64,000 nucleotides of DNA from Promethearchaeota archaeon (GTDB lineage Archaea; Asgardarchaeota; Lokiarchaeia; Sigyniarchaeales; SOKP01). Positions within the stretch are counted from its first letter, which is position 1, and each line of letters begins with the position of its first letter. The stretch covers positions 1 to 64,000 of the forward strand of contig JAHLWP010000002.1 in NCBI GenBank assembly GCA_019057865.1, written 5' to 3'. Position numbers and translations under genes: made by a program. The notes under the pieces were generated by a model, which was given only the letters and a program-made list of their open reading frames with translations, made no database searches and had not been told where the DNA came from. This document shows, one piece after another, positions 20,435 through 30,477 of this stretch.

Positions 20435-21613
20435 TTACCCTCTATTTTTTCCCAGATAAGGCATTGCGTGTTCGTATCTTTTCATGACAAATCTAGAGAT
20501 AACAATCCTCTGTATTTCTGATGTTCCTTCATAGATTTGGTATAATTTTGCATCTCTAAATAATTTCTCAACTGGGTATGTTCTAAGATACCCATATCCA
20601 CCAAAAATTTGTATAGCTTCAGTAGTTACATTCATAGCAACATCAGAAGCAAAAGCTTTTGCAATTGAAGAACTCAAATTATTGTCTATCTCTTGATCAG
20701 CCTCCCATGCCGCCTTGTAAGTCAATAATCGTGCAGCTTCAATATCTTTATACATATTGGCGATTTTTTCTTGAATTACTTGATAATTTCCAATTGGACG
20801 ACCAAAAGCTTCTCTTTTATGTGCATAATCGATAGAATATTCCATTGCTGAACGAGCACATCCAATAGCAAATGCTCCTATCGCCGGACGAGTATGAGCG
20901 AAGGTTTGCATAGCTAAAACAAAACCTCTTCCAGGTTTAGCAAGTATATTTTCTTTTGGAATTCTAACATCTTTTAAACCTACTGAGACAGTATTTGATG
21001 ATCTTTGACCAAGTTTAGGAATTTGTTTCCCTAATTTTACTCCTTCACTTTTTGAATCTACAATAAAGGCAGCAATACCCTTATGTTTCTTTTCTGGATC
21101 GATTGTTGCAAATATAGTAATATAATCAGCATATCCTCCATTTGTTATCCAAAATTTATTTCCATTTAAAATATATCCATCTCCATCTTTTTCGGCATGA
21201 CATTTCATACTAGCAACATCAGAACCCATTGTTGGTTCAGAAGTGGCAAAAGCTATCAATTTAAATTCATTTACTATTTCTGTTAAAATTCTTTGTTTTT
21301 GTTCTTCATTTCCTCCAATAACAATCGGCTCTGCTCCAAGATTATTATCAAAAATAGAAGTTGCAATACCAGGGCAAGCAGAAGATATTTCTTCTACAAC
21401 AATACAAGCATCTAATAATCCATAATCAGGTCCACCGTACTCTTTAGGGATCCCTAAATTTAATAGTCTCTCTTCCCACGCCTTTTTGATGACATCTAAT
21501 GGGAATTCTTCTGACTCATCATATTTTCGCGCAATTGGTAATACCTCTCTTATAGCGAATTCTCTTGCTTTTTTCTGTAAAGCTTTTTGTTCTTCAGTTA
21601 AAACGAAATCCAT
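20435..21613 (-). CDS. Acyl-CoA dehydrogenase
   Basis: SEPTMGSD, LNGNKFWITNG, QIFGGYGY, IYEGTSEIQR. Confidence 0.93.
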   Translation of the reverse strand: MDFVLTEEQKALQKKAREFAIREVLPIARKYDESEEFPLDVIKKAWEERLLNLGIPKEYGGPDYGLLDACIVVEEISSACPGIATSIFDNNLGAEPIVIGGNEEQKQRILTEIVNEFKLIAFATSEPTMGSDVASMKCHAEKDGDGYILNGNKFWITNGGYADYITIFATIDPEKKHKGIAAFIVDSKSEGVKLGKQIPKLGQRSSNTVSVGLKDVRIPKENILAKPGRGFVLAMQTFAHTRPAIGAFAIGCARSAMEYSIDYAHKREAFGRPIGNYQVIQEKIANMYKDIEAARLLTYKAAWEADQEIDNNLSSSIAKAFASDVAMNVTTEAIQIFGGYGYLRTYPVEKLFRDAKLYQIYEGTSEIQRIVISRFVMKRYEHAMPYLGKNRG

Positions 21614-21628
21614 ATTTTCAACCTCTTA

Positions 21629-22834
21629 TTAACCCATCTTTTCAATTAATTTATCTACAATTTCTTTGAAATCCAAATCCTCTGGTTTTGGGACAAATTT
21701 GATTTCAATTTTTTCATCCAAAACATCTATTTTTGCTGCCTTCATTTGTTCTATTATTTCTTTTACAGCACCACCACCCCATCCGAAAGAACCAAAAGCT
21801 AATCCAACTTTATTCATAGGTTTCAAACCCTTTTGATAGCATAAATATTCTGCTACAGCGGGATAAAGTCCATTGTTTAGAGTAGGGCTTCCTATTAATA
21901 TTGCTTTTGCCTTCATTGCCTCAGTAATAACATCAGAGTAATCTGCGTGGGTTAACCTGAATCTTTTGACTGGAATGCCTCTATGGCGAATTTCTTTTGT
22001 CAAAGCTTTAGCTATTTTTGCTGTACTCTCCCACATTGTATCATATACTATTAAAACCCTTTTTTCTTCAATTTCTCCTGCTGACCATTTTCTATACTTC
22101 TCCAATATCTCTGGAATATATTTTCTCCAACAAACTCCATGAGAAGTACATATAAGATCAATAGGTAATGCTCCAACTACAGGTAAAGTTTTTGCTATAA
22201 GTCCGGATAAGTGAAGCAAAATATTTGCATAATATTTTTCTGCTTCTTCCATAATTTCACATAGATCATTCTCATCATCCCAACGCATAGTGGTTGCAAT
22301 ATGTTGTCCAAAAGCATCATTAGAAAACAGAACATTTTTCCCATTATTATCTGTCATAAATGATACCATAGAATCTGGCCAATGTATCATAGGTATTGGT
22401 ACGAAAGTAAATTTTTTGCCATTCCCGATTTCTAAAGTATCTCCATCCTTAACTGCTCGAATTTTATCAAGTACCTCAGCATCTACTTCTTGATGAAAGT
22501 GGCTCTTTAAAACATCAACTCCTCTAACTGAAGCAATTATTTCTGCGTTAGGTAGATATTTTATAATTAGTGGAAAAGATCCTGAATGGTCCATTTCAAT
22601 ATGATTCATAATTAAATAATCAATTTCTGCTGGATCACATATATCTTTTATTTTATCTAAAAAATATTCGAAATATGGACGTTTCACAGTGTCTATTAAT
22701 ACTGTTTTTTCCCCTTTTACTAAATACGCATTATATGAGGAGCCCCTATGTGTACTATATCCGTGAAAGTTCCTTACTTCCCAATCTACATAACCAACAT
22801 AATAGATATCTTTCATTAATTCTAAATGTGTAAT
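21629..22834 (-). CDS. fprA: Flavodiiron protein (FprA), probable ATT start
   Basis: HIEMDHSG, HWPD, FSNDAFG, flavodoxin domain; (M)THLEL-MKDIYYVG behind SD AGGTGA. Confidence 0.9.
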   Translation of the reverse strand: MTHLELMKDIYYVGYVDWEVRNFHGYSTHRGSSYNAYLVKGEKTVLIDTVKRPYFEYFLDKIKDICDPAEIDYLIMNHIEMDHSGSFPLIIKYLPNAEIIASVRGVDVLKSHFHQEVDAEVLDKIRAVKDGDTLEIGNGKKFTFVPIPMIHWPDSMVSFMTDNNGKNVLFSNDAFGQHIATTMRWDDENDLCEIMEEAEKYYANILLHLSGLIAKTLPVVGALPIDLICTSHGVCWRKYIPEILEKYRKWSAGEIEEKRVLIVYDTMWESTAKIAKALTKEIRHRGIPVKRFRLTHADYSDVITEAMKAKAILIGSPTLNNGLYPAVAEYLCYQKGLKPMNKVGLAFGSFGWGGGAVKEIIEQMKAAKIDVLDEKIEIKFVPKPEDLDFKEIVDKLIEKMG

Positions 22835-22979
22835 TTTTCTTTCACCTTCATTATTTTAGGATTTAATTGATATTTAATATATTTTAAATCAAGTTAAAAA
22901 GTTATTTTCTATCAATTATAAAATTTTTCAGAAAATAAGCATTAAAAAAAAAATGTAATTATATAAGAAATGTTAAAAT

Positions 22980-23117
22980 TTAGTCAATTTTTTCAAACAT
23001 ATCTTTACCAACACCACAAACAGGACATGTCCAATCATCTGGTAAATCCTCAAACTTGGTACCTTCAGCTTCTTCGTCATAAATATATCCGCAAGCGGTG
23101 CATTCCCAACGTGAAAT
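22980..23117 (-). CDS. Rubredoxin (45 aa), not in the ORF track
   Basis: (M)[44 protein letters not shown]; ATT behind SD AGGTGG. Confidence 0.93.
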   Translation of the reverse strand: MSRWECTACGYIYDEEAEGTKFEDLPDDWTCPVCGVGKDMFEKID

Positions 23118-23209
23118 CTCTACCACCTTTTTTAAATGATTTTGATCAATTTTATGGATTTAAATTTGAAGTTTGTTAACAATATTAAGCTAATATTTTA
23201 TAAAAATCT

Positions 23210-23356
23210 TTAAGAAATCGATACTTTTTCAAACATCCTTTTTGAAGCCCTACACCTCGGACATTTAAAACTAGCATCATCTTGTTCTTCTAATGTTTTT
23301 TCTTGTTGCTCATCAATATAGAGGTACTTGCACTTCTTACACCTATATGTTGAAAT
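23210..23356 (-). CDS. Divergent rubredoxin-like protein (48 aa), not in the ORF track
   Basis: (M)STYRCKKCKYLYIDEQQEKTLEEQDDASFKCPRCRASKRMFEKVSIS; ATT behind SD AGGTGA. Confidence 0.8.
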   Translation of the reverse strand: MSTYRCKKCKYLYIDEQQEKTLEEQDDASFKCPRCRASKRMFEKVSIS

Positions 23357-23533
23357 CTTTATTCACCTATTTATTAGTATTCCTTAAATTTTTATTTCAG
23401 ACTAAGATATTTCAAATGTTTAACAAATTTTTAGAATGTAGATCTATCTATATTTTTAACTATTTTTACAACTTTAAATTTTGGAATTTTTTTTCCGAAG
23501 ACGATAGATAGAATTAAGTTAAGATTCAAAACG

Positions 23534-24880
23534 TTATTCTTTTATTTTAAATCCATCTTTTGGAGCTCCACATTCAGAACATTTAAAGTCTTTTGGTAAA
23601 TTTTTGAAAAGAACGTCCATTTTAGCCTCATCATACTCTTTTCCACAGTTAGAGCATATATAAATATATAATTCCAATAATTTTCTTAGTTCTTCTTTCT
23701 CAACAGCTTGTTCCATCTTATTGTACACATAAGACATAGCTTTACTATCCCCAAATAAAATAGCTCCTTTAAGTTTACTTTCTTTTAATACTAATTTCTG
23801 ATAACAGCAATCTTTTTTATCAGCTTTTTTAAGTATTTCCCAACCAGCACCTTCTTCCTTAGTGGGGTCAATAATCCCTATTGAAGTTAATTCTAATCCA
23901 ACAATTTTGAGAGTGTTTTTAGGAGTTGTTCCTTTATAATCAACTTTTTTTAATCCAAGTGCAGAAGCAGCCACGATTTTAGATTGTTCCATACATGCTG
24001 GAATAATACCCCAAATTTGATTCTTATATTCTATACAATCCCCAACAGCGTAAACATCTTTTTCACTAGTTTCTAAAAATTCATTAACAACAATTCCTCT
24101 ATTAGTATGGATGTTTGATTCTTTAGCTAAATCTATTGTAGGTCTAATACCTGCTTGTATTAAAATAATATCAGCATCTAATGTTTGTCCATCTTTTAAT
24201 TTAATCCCTGTGACTCTACCATTTCCTAAAATTTCTTCAGTAGCAGCATCTAAGACTACTTTTATTCCGCGACTTTCAATTTCTTCCCTTAACATAGTAC
24301 CGCATTCTTCATCTAGTTGTCTTGGTAATAACCGAGGAAAGAATTCTACAACTGTGGTTTCTAAATTGTAATTCTTTATTTGATTAGCTAGTTCTAGACC
24401 AAGTAAACCTCCACCAATAACAATTGCTTTCTCAACAGCAAATTTCTTTATGTAATCTCGGATTTCTAAAGCATCATCTATGCTTCGCAAAGTGAATACT
24501 CCTTTTTTTCCTATTTTCATTTCCAAAGCACTTTTTATTGGAGGGATGTTAGGAGCACTCCCTAATGCCAGAATAAGTTTATCATATGATACAGGATCGT
24601 TCTCTCCCTCAATATATATAGCTTTATTCTCTGGATCGATTTTAATTACTTTTTTGTTTAGATTCAATTTCAAATTCTTATTTTTGTACCAATCATCTTT
24701 AAAAACAATTAAATCATCAATAGTGACTTTTGCAGAAATTAATTCTGGTAAATTAACTCGTGTATAATAAGGATAATTCTCTTGTGTAAAAATCTCAATC
24801 ACTACATCATTATTAAGATACCTAATATTTTGGGCAGTAAATGTCCCAGCAACATTATTTCCTACAATAACAATTTTCAT
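23534..24880 (-). CDS. NAD(P)H:rubredoxin oxidoreductase-like flavoprotein with C-terminal rubredoxin domain
   Basis: IGGGLLGLE, YAVGDC; C-terminal CSNCG.EYDE...CSECG. Confidence 0.85.
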   Translation of the reverse strand: MKIVIVGNNVAGTFTAQNIRYLNNDVVIEIFTQENYPYYTRVNLPELISAKVTIDDLIVFKDDWYKNKNLKLNLNKKVIKIDPENKAIYIEGENDPVSYDKLILALGSAPNIPPIKSALEMKIGKKGVFTLRSIDDALEIRDYIKKFAVEKAIVIGGGLLGLELANQIKNYNLETTVVEFFPRLLPRQLDEECGTMLREEIESRGIKVVLDAATEEILGNGRVTGIKLKDGQTLDADIILIQAGIRPTIDLAKESNIHTNRGIVVNEFLETSEKDVYAVGDCIEYKNQIWGIIPACMEQSKIVAASALGLKKVDYKGTTPKNTLKIVGLELTSIGIIDPTKEEGAGWEILKKADKKDCCYQKLVLKESKLKGAILFGDSKAMSYVYNKMEQAVEKEELRKLLELYIYICSNCGKEYDEAKMDVLFKNLPKDFKCSECGAPKDGFKIKE

Positions 24881-25005
24881 AAATAATATAGTTTTATCAT
24901 GGTATTTTAAGATTTTTATTATAAAATGTTAATCATAGTGTAATTGGAGCTTAAAAGAACATGTTCGAAATCAAAAATATATTCAAATCTCCATACTAAA
25001 GAATT

Positions 25006-25817
25006 ATGATAGAAACAAAACAAAAAATAATCAATAGAAAAATAATAAAAATTAACGAGGAACTCTGTACTGGATGTGGTAGTTGCGTAGTCGACTGTGC
25101 AGTGATATAAAATTTGATTTATATAGCATAAAAGGCGCACTCGCAATTATCGATGGAAAAGCTAGAGTTATAAATGAAGTCTTCTGCGATGGTCTGGGTG
25201 CATGTATATCTGGTTGTCCTGAGGGCGCACTTGAAATAATAGAAAGAGAAGCTTTAGAGTTCGATGAAGAAGAAGTTGAAAAACATTTAGAAGCTATGAA
25301 AAATAATGAGCAGGTTGAAATAGAACAAGTAAAACAAATTGTTGCTGAGCATGCCCATCAATGTGGTTGTCCTTCCGCTCAAACAATGGTTTTTGATGAA
25401 CCAGAGGCGCAAACAGAAGTAAGAGGAAAAATCTCTTCAACTCTACGACAATGGCCTGTTCAAATGCATTTAATCTCTCCTATAGCGTCATATTACCATG
25501 GGGCAGATGTTGTACTTTCAGCAGATTGTGTTGCTTACTCGTATGGTGATTTTCATAGGGACTTTCTAAAGAATAAATCTATTGCTATTGCCTGTCCTAA
25601 ACTAGATCAAGGTCGAGATATATATATCGAAAAAATTAAAGCCTTGATAGATGACGCTAAAATTAACACTCTAACTGTTGCGATGATGGAGGTTCCTTGT
25701 TGTTCGGGATTATTAGCGTTGACCCAAGAAGCAGTTAAGAGAACAAATCGAAAAGTTCCAATTAAATTCATTATCATTGGCATACGAGGAGATATTTTAA
25801 AAGAAGAATGGATCTAA
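25006..25817 (+). CDS. 2x[4Fe-4S] ferredoxin-domain Fe-S protein, intron-containing (exons 25006-25102 and 25132-25817; 260 aa spliced)
   Basis: Exon 1 MIETKQKIINRKIIKINEELCTGCGSCVVDCA-G; exon 2 AA-GAL...CDGLGACISGCP, WPVQ, ACPKLD, MEVPCC. Confidence 0.85.
25103..25131 (+). other. Predicted BHB-type (tRNA-endonuclease) mRNA intron, 29 nt
   Basis: Central helix GTGC/GCAT, bulges AG|T and AA|A, inner stem ATATAAA/TTTATAT; removal gives TGT GCA GAA GGC (CAEG). Confidence 0.82.
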
Positions 25818-25832
25818 TTTCTTTTTATTTTT

Positions 25833-26486
25833 TTAGAGTTCAAACATAACCTTTTTCTTAATTATTTTTCTCAGCATAACTGATAAGGCAGATTTAGATT
25901 TCCCTAGTTTATTAGCTAATTCTTCTAAGGATATTTTTCTAGGGATCTCAAAAAAGCCTAAAGAAATTGCCTTATCTAGAGCATTAGATTCATCATAAGT
26001 TAATTTGTGTTTGTCATCCTCTAGGAGATAGGGAGATTTTCCAATTCTTAAAAGTTCAAAATCAATATTTTTTTGCTCGAAAAGCGTTAATAATTGATCA
26101 ATACTTTTTCTGCTAGATATAAGACGCCAATAGGCATAACCATCTTTAACTCTTACTGGAAAATTTATGAGAACTCCACATCTAATTAGGGCGTACAATA
26201 GATATGGGTCCTTGGTTTTAACGTTAAATTTAATTTTTTTATCTTCTTGCTCTAAAATACTAAATTCAAATACAGATGGATGATTTCTGATCACTTGAAT
26301 GATCGAATCTATGTTATAATGCATTATCTCAATTATTGAGTTTCCTATTGATTTTTCCAGATCATAAGGGAGAAAGTATGAAATCTCCATTTTCAGATCA
26401 GGAAAATTTTTAAAGAGTTCTGAAATCCATAACTTATCTGGAAATTTTATCTTGATTCTAGCCAAACTCGATTTACTTGAATCCAT
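25833..26486 (-). CDS. Bat/HTH_10-type archaeal transcription regulator
   Basis: C-terminal LT..E..AL..A...GFFEIPRKISLEELA..LG.SKS. Confidence 0.85.
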   Translation of the reverse strand: MDSSKSSLARIKIKFPDKLWISELFKNFPDLKMEISYFLPYDLEKSIGNSIIEIMHYNIDSIIQVIRNHPSVFEFSILEQEDKKIKFNVKTKDPYLLYALIRCGVLINFPVRVKDGYAYWRLISSRKSIDQLLTLFEQKNIDFELLRIGKSPYLLEDDKHKLTYDESNALDKAISLGFFEIPRKISLEELANKLGKSKSALSVMLRKIIKKKVMFEL

Positions 26487-26572
26487 CCTTAGATATTAGT
26501 GATTAAGAATTTAAAACTTTTTTTTAGATATTAAATAATATATAATTATATTATTAGCTAAATTGTATTAAA

Positions 26573-27172
26573 ATGGTTGAAAATCAGAATTTATTATTAG
26601 GGATATGTGGAAGCCCAAGAAAACAAGGAACTGAGTATGCCGTCCAATATGCTTTAAACTATGCTGCTGAAAAGTTTGGATTTGAAACAGAATATTGGAC
26701 TGTACGAAGTAAAGATATTAAGTTTTGTATTCATTGTGATTATTGCATTAGAGAGAAAAAAGGCTGTGTTCATAAGGATGATATGCAAGAACTTTATCCA
26801 AAATTAGAAATAGCAAAATTTTTACTCTTTGGAACTCCCGTGTTCCAAGGAAACTTATCTGGGCAACTAAAAACTGTAATGGATCGATGTCGTGCGTTAA
26901 TAGCAAAAAAACCAAATGTGTTTAAAGGTAAAGTTGGAGTGGCTTTAGCAGTTGGTGGAGATCGAAGTGGAGGGCAAGAAATTGCTATTAGAAGTATATT
27001 AGATTTTTATCAGCAAAACCATATTCATTCAGTATCAGGTGGAGCATTTGGAGCAAATTTGGGTGCAAGTCTATGGAGTAGGGATATGGGTAAACAAGGT
27101 ATTGAGCAAGATGAAGAAGGTTTGAGGACAATTAGAAAAGTAATAAAAAGATTAGTAGAATTTAAAGAATAA
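26573..27172 (+). CDS. Iron-sulfur flavoprotein (Isf, flavodoxin-like)
   Basis: GSPRK, CIHCDYC.....C, TPVF, GGDRSGGQE. Confidence 0.88.
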   Translation: MVENQNLLLGICGSPRKQGTEYAVQYALNYAAEKFGFETEYWTVRSKDIKFCIHCDYCIREKKGCVHKDDMQELYPKLEIAKFLLFGTPVFQGNLSGQLKTVMDRCRALIAKKPNVFKGKVGVALAVGGDRSGGQEIAIRSILDFYQQNHIHSVSGGAFGANLGASLWSRDMGKQGIEQDEEGLRTIRKVIKRLVEFKE

Positions 27173-27199
27173 GATTAAAAAAGGTGTGTTAAAATAAGT

Positions 27200-28030
27200 A
27201 TGCACGGAAAGATTTGTATGATAACTGGTGCTAATTCTGGTATTGGGAAGGCTACAGCTTTAAGTATTGCAGAAATGGGTGCAGTAGTAATTATGATATG
27301 TCGAGATAAGAATCGTGGGGAAAGTGCCCAGAAAGAAATAATAAATGAAACAGGTAACAAATCTGTGGATCTACTCATATGTGATTTAACTTCACAGGAA
27401 TCTATTTACAAACTAGTTGAAAATTTTAAAAAGAAATATCAAAAGTTGCATGTTTTAATTAATAATGCTGGAGTTGTTAAAACGAATAGAACCTTAACGA
27501 TTGATGGATTTGAAACAACTTTTGCTGTAAATTATTTAGCACCTTTTTTATTAACAAACTTACTACTGGACATACTAAAGAAAAGTGTTCCAAGTCGAAT
27601 TGTAAATGTTAGTTCTGGAATCCATAAGAATGGCAATATTAATTTTGATGATTTACAAGCAGAGAATAAGTATAGATCTTATAAAGCATATGGTCAACCG
27701 AAATTAGCATTAGTACTTTTTACTTATGAATTAAGCAAGAAAATAAAAGGTACTGGTGTTACTGTTAACGCATTACATCCAGGATTCACTCGAACTAATA
27801 TAGGTCGAGATTATTCTGTATTTATACGGGCATTTACAAAATTATCTAAGAATCCTAAAAAAGGTGCGGAAACTTCTATATATTTAGCCACATCTCCAGA
27901 AGTAGAAGGAATAACTGGTAAATATTTTATTAAAAAACAACAAACAATGTCGTCTAAAGATTCATATAACAAAGAACTTGCTAAAGAATTGTGGAAAGTT
28001 AGTCTTGAGTTAACAAAGTTAAATATTTAG
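27200..28030 (+). CDS. SDR oxidoreductase (retinol dehydrogenase-like)
   Basis: TGANSGIG, NNAG, YxxxK (YGQPK), LHPG. Confidence 0.9.
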   Translation: MHGKICMITGANSGIGKATALSIAEMGAVVIMICRDKNRGESAQKEIINETGNKSVDLLICDLTSQESIYKLVENFKKKYQKLHVLINNAGVVKTNRTLTIDGFETTFAVNYLAPFLLTNLLLDILKKSVPSRIVNVSSGIHKNGNINFDDLQAENKYRSYKAYGQPKLALVLFTYELSKKIKGTGVTVNALHPGFTRTNIGRDYSVFIRAFTKLSKNPKKGAETSIYLATSPEVEGITGKYFIKKQQTMSSKDSYNKELAKELWKVSLELTKLNI

Positions 28031-28057
28031 AAAAAAGTATAAAAAAATAAAAATAAA

Positions 28058-28354
28058 TTATTCTACTCCAAATAATTTCTTAGCCTCTTTTTCTCTGAGG
28101 CCAGAAATACCCCAGAGCTCCTTAAACCAGTATTTTCCTTTATGTATTACTACAGGGGTATTCACAATACAGCCATCAGCATCACAAAACGTTGTTAGAA
28201 AATTATCATCGTGTAATAAGTTATGTACAAATTCTTCATCATTTATATCTCGTTCAATGTATTTGACATCACGTTCATCCAGCCATTCTTTTAATTCATG
28301 ACATCTATGGCAATCAGTTTTTGTGATCAATATTGGGACTTGCATCTCAGTCAT
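28058..28354 (-). CDS. Glutaredoxin-like protein
   Basis: CHRC, cis-Pro TPV; extra CDADGC. Confidence 0.75.
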   Translation of the reverse strand: MTEMQVPILITKTDCHRCHELKEWLDERDVKYIERDINDEEFVHNLLHDDNFLTTFCDADGCIVNTPVVIHKGKYWFKELWGISGLREKEAKKLFGVE

Positions 28355-28856
28355 AATTATCTACTCTATAAAATTAATTACTATTTAGAATAATATAGCA
28401 TATCACTATAATTAACTTTTATTTTCTAAAATATAAATGAAATTATAAAGTTTAATACCTTAAGTACCTTTGATTATGAGACTAGACTTTAATCCTTTGG
28501 AATTCGGAAAAAGAATCTAACTAAAATTTTTTATTTATAAATATTGATAATATAATTTTGCAAAGAATGAGAGGAAAAAATATTTGAATATTCATTTGTA
28601 AGAATATTTCTTAATTTTTATACCTACTCCCCCTCTTTCCTCTGATTCTTTTTTTTTCCCAATCTGTTTTTTTAATTCTTTCAATTAGAAAGTATGGCAG
28701 AATTTCTTATAAATCATATACAAATGTCAAAATTTAATATTTTAAAAAATAAAAGGATAAAATCAATTTCTCTTAACTTTATTTTTCATTTTCATTATTT
28801 TTTAATAATTTATTATGATCAGATTCTTATTTTTCAAGTTGCTTTTCTTGATTAAG

Positions 28857-29324
28857 ATGGATCAAAAAACTCAAAATGAAGCCTTTAATAAATACATAAA
28901 ACAGTTATTTGAGAGTTCCAGTTGGAAAGAACGTGCAATAGCCGTTAAAAATATTGGTCAATTAAGAGAAGGTAGAGCAACAAATTTGCTTGCTAGAGCT
29001 TTAAAAATAGAAAATGATCCCGTTGTCATCAACCAAATTATTGAAGCTATGGGCGAGATTAGGGATCCGAAAGCTACTATGCTAATTATTAACTTTTTAA
29101 AGAAAGAATTAAAAGAGCCTGAAGAAAGTCAAGATAAAACTAGATTATTTATAATCATTGAGAGTTTAATGAAAATCGGAGATAAGAGAGCACTTGAGCA
29201 TCTAGGTATATTATTAGAATCTTGCCATAGTGATATTAGAAAATTAACAGAGAAAGCGTTCGAATGCATCGATCCATTATGGAAAGAAAACATTGAAAAA
29301 AATGAAGTTCTAAAAAGAATATAA
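28857..29324 (+). CDS. HEAT-repeat protein
   Basis: IIEAMGEIRDPKA and IESLMKIGDKRA repeats; start chosen at MDQK. Confidence 0.75.
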   Translation: MDQKTQNEAFNKYIKQLFESSSWKERAIAVKNIGQLREGRATNLLARALKIENDPVVINQIIEAMGEIRDPKATMLIINFLKKELKEPEESQDKTRLFIIIESLMKIGDKRALEHLGILLESCHSDIRKLTEKAFECIDPLWKENIEKNEVLKRI

Positions 29325-29362
29325 ATCTAAAAATTTTTTAAAAATGTGGAGCAGATAAAATT

Positions 29363-29665
29363 ATGTCTGAAATTATAGAAAATTTAGCGAAAACTGTAGA
29401 AGGTTCTAACAAGAATAGAGATGTTACAATTTTAACACTATCTACTTGTATGTGGTGTAAAAAATGTAAGGCATGGCTGAAAGACCGTGATGTTCAATAT
29501 AAATATGTAGATGTTGATAAAATTGATTTTGAAGATAAATCAAAAATATTAGATTATTTGAGAAAAACTTACCAATCTAGAATCTCGTATCCATTAATGA
29601 TCTGTGACGGTGAATTTGTGGTAGGTTATAATCCGAATAAATATGAAGAATTAATGAAAGCATGA
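29363..29665 (+). CDS. Glutaredoxin/NrdH-like protein
   Basis: LSTCMWCKK, SYP, VVGY. Confidence 0.85.
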   Translation: MSEIIENLAKTVEGSNKNRDVTILTLSTCMWCKKCKAWLKDRDVQYKYVDVDKIDFEDKSKILDYLRKTYQSRISYPLMICDGEFVVGYNPNKYEELMKA

Positions 29666-29675
29666 AGGGATTAAT

Positions 29676-30041
29676 ATGGAAATGGAAACTAAAGAAGGAA
29701 TGATTGAATATTGTAATAAAGTTTGTAAAACTAATAATTGGATCTTAAATAAGGATAAAAGTACTCTAAATGATTTAATTGACGGTTTGGTAGAAAATAA
29801 AAAAAGTTATGGTTATCAATCCTGTCCTTGTCGGCTCGCCTCTGGTAATCGAAACCTAGATAGAGATTTAATATGTCCATGTGATTATGCTAAATTGGAT
29901 ATTAAAGATTATGGGGCATGTTATTGTAATTTATATTTACGTCCAGATTTCTATGAAACTATTGAAAAAGAATTTGTTATTGTTCCAGAAAGAAGACCGG
30001 TTGAGAAGGAAAAAGCAGTATTAGAATATTTTAATAAGTAA
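29676..30041 (+). CDS. Ferredoxin:thioredoxin (glutaredoxin) reductase catalytic subunit
   Basis: CPC...CPC...CYC motif set. Confidence 0.88.
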   Translation: MEMETKEGMIEYCNKVCKTNNWILNKDKSTLNDLIDGLVENKKSYGYQSCPCRLASGNRNLDRDLICPCDYAKLDIKDYGACYCNLYLRPDFYETIEKEFVIVPERRPVEKEKAVLEYFNK

Positions 30042-30194
30042 AATCTTTTTTTAAAAAAAAAAATTTTAAGTCATCCCTAAATTATCAAGTATTAATTAGA
30101 CTTTTAGAACCTTTATTGAATATATAGATTCCTAAATTCAAATCAATTTTTTATAAATAAAATCCTTAAATAGTTAGGATTCTCATTTTATAAT

Positions 30195-30353
30195 ATGTCA
30201 GATAAAGAAATATCAGATGATGAATTAGAAGAAGAATTAGAAGAAGCTTTTAGGGATAATGAAGCCAAACGGGATCACTGTGGAACAGCTCTACCTTCTA
30301 GCAAAGAAGTTGGAATTCAAAGAACCAATGTAAAACTTAAGGAAGATAAATAA
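30195..30353 (+). CDS. Small acidic hypothetical protein (52 aa)
   Basis: MSDKEISDDELEEELEEAFRDNEAKRDHCGTALPSSKEVGIQRTNVKLKEDK, followed by a T-tract. Confidence 0.55.
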   Translation: MSDKEISDDELEEELEEAFRDNEAKRDHCGTALPSSKEVGIQRTNVKLKEDK

Positions 30354-30477
30354 TTCAGATTTTTTTTTCAATTACTCCTTTTTATATAATACACCTTTAA
30401 AACTATAAGAAATGAAATAAGAATTATTTTAAAGATTAAAACAAACTTTTAATAAATTATCTCAATTTTTATCTAAA

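Noticed and set aside
22970-23511. Plus-strand ORFs 22970-23179 and 23293-23511
   Set aside because: They are shadows of the two minus-strand rubredoxin genes.
25083-25131. Listed TTG start and N-terminus MRSRLCSDIKFDLYSIK
   Set aside because: It is out-of-frame exon 1 plus intron sequence; the true first CxxCxxCxxxC lies in the frame from ATG 25006.
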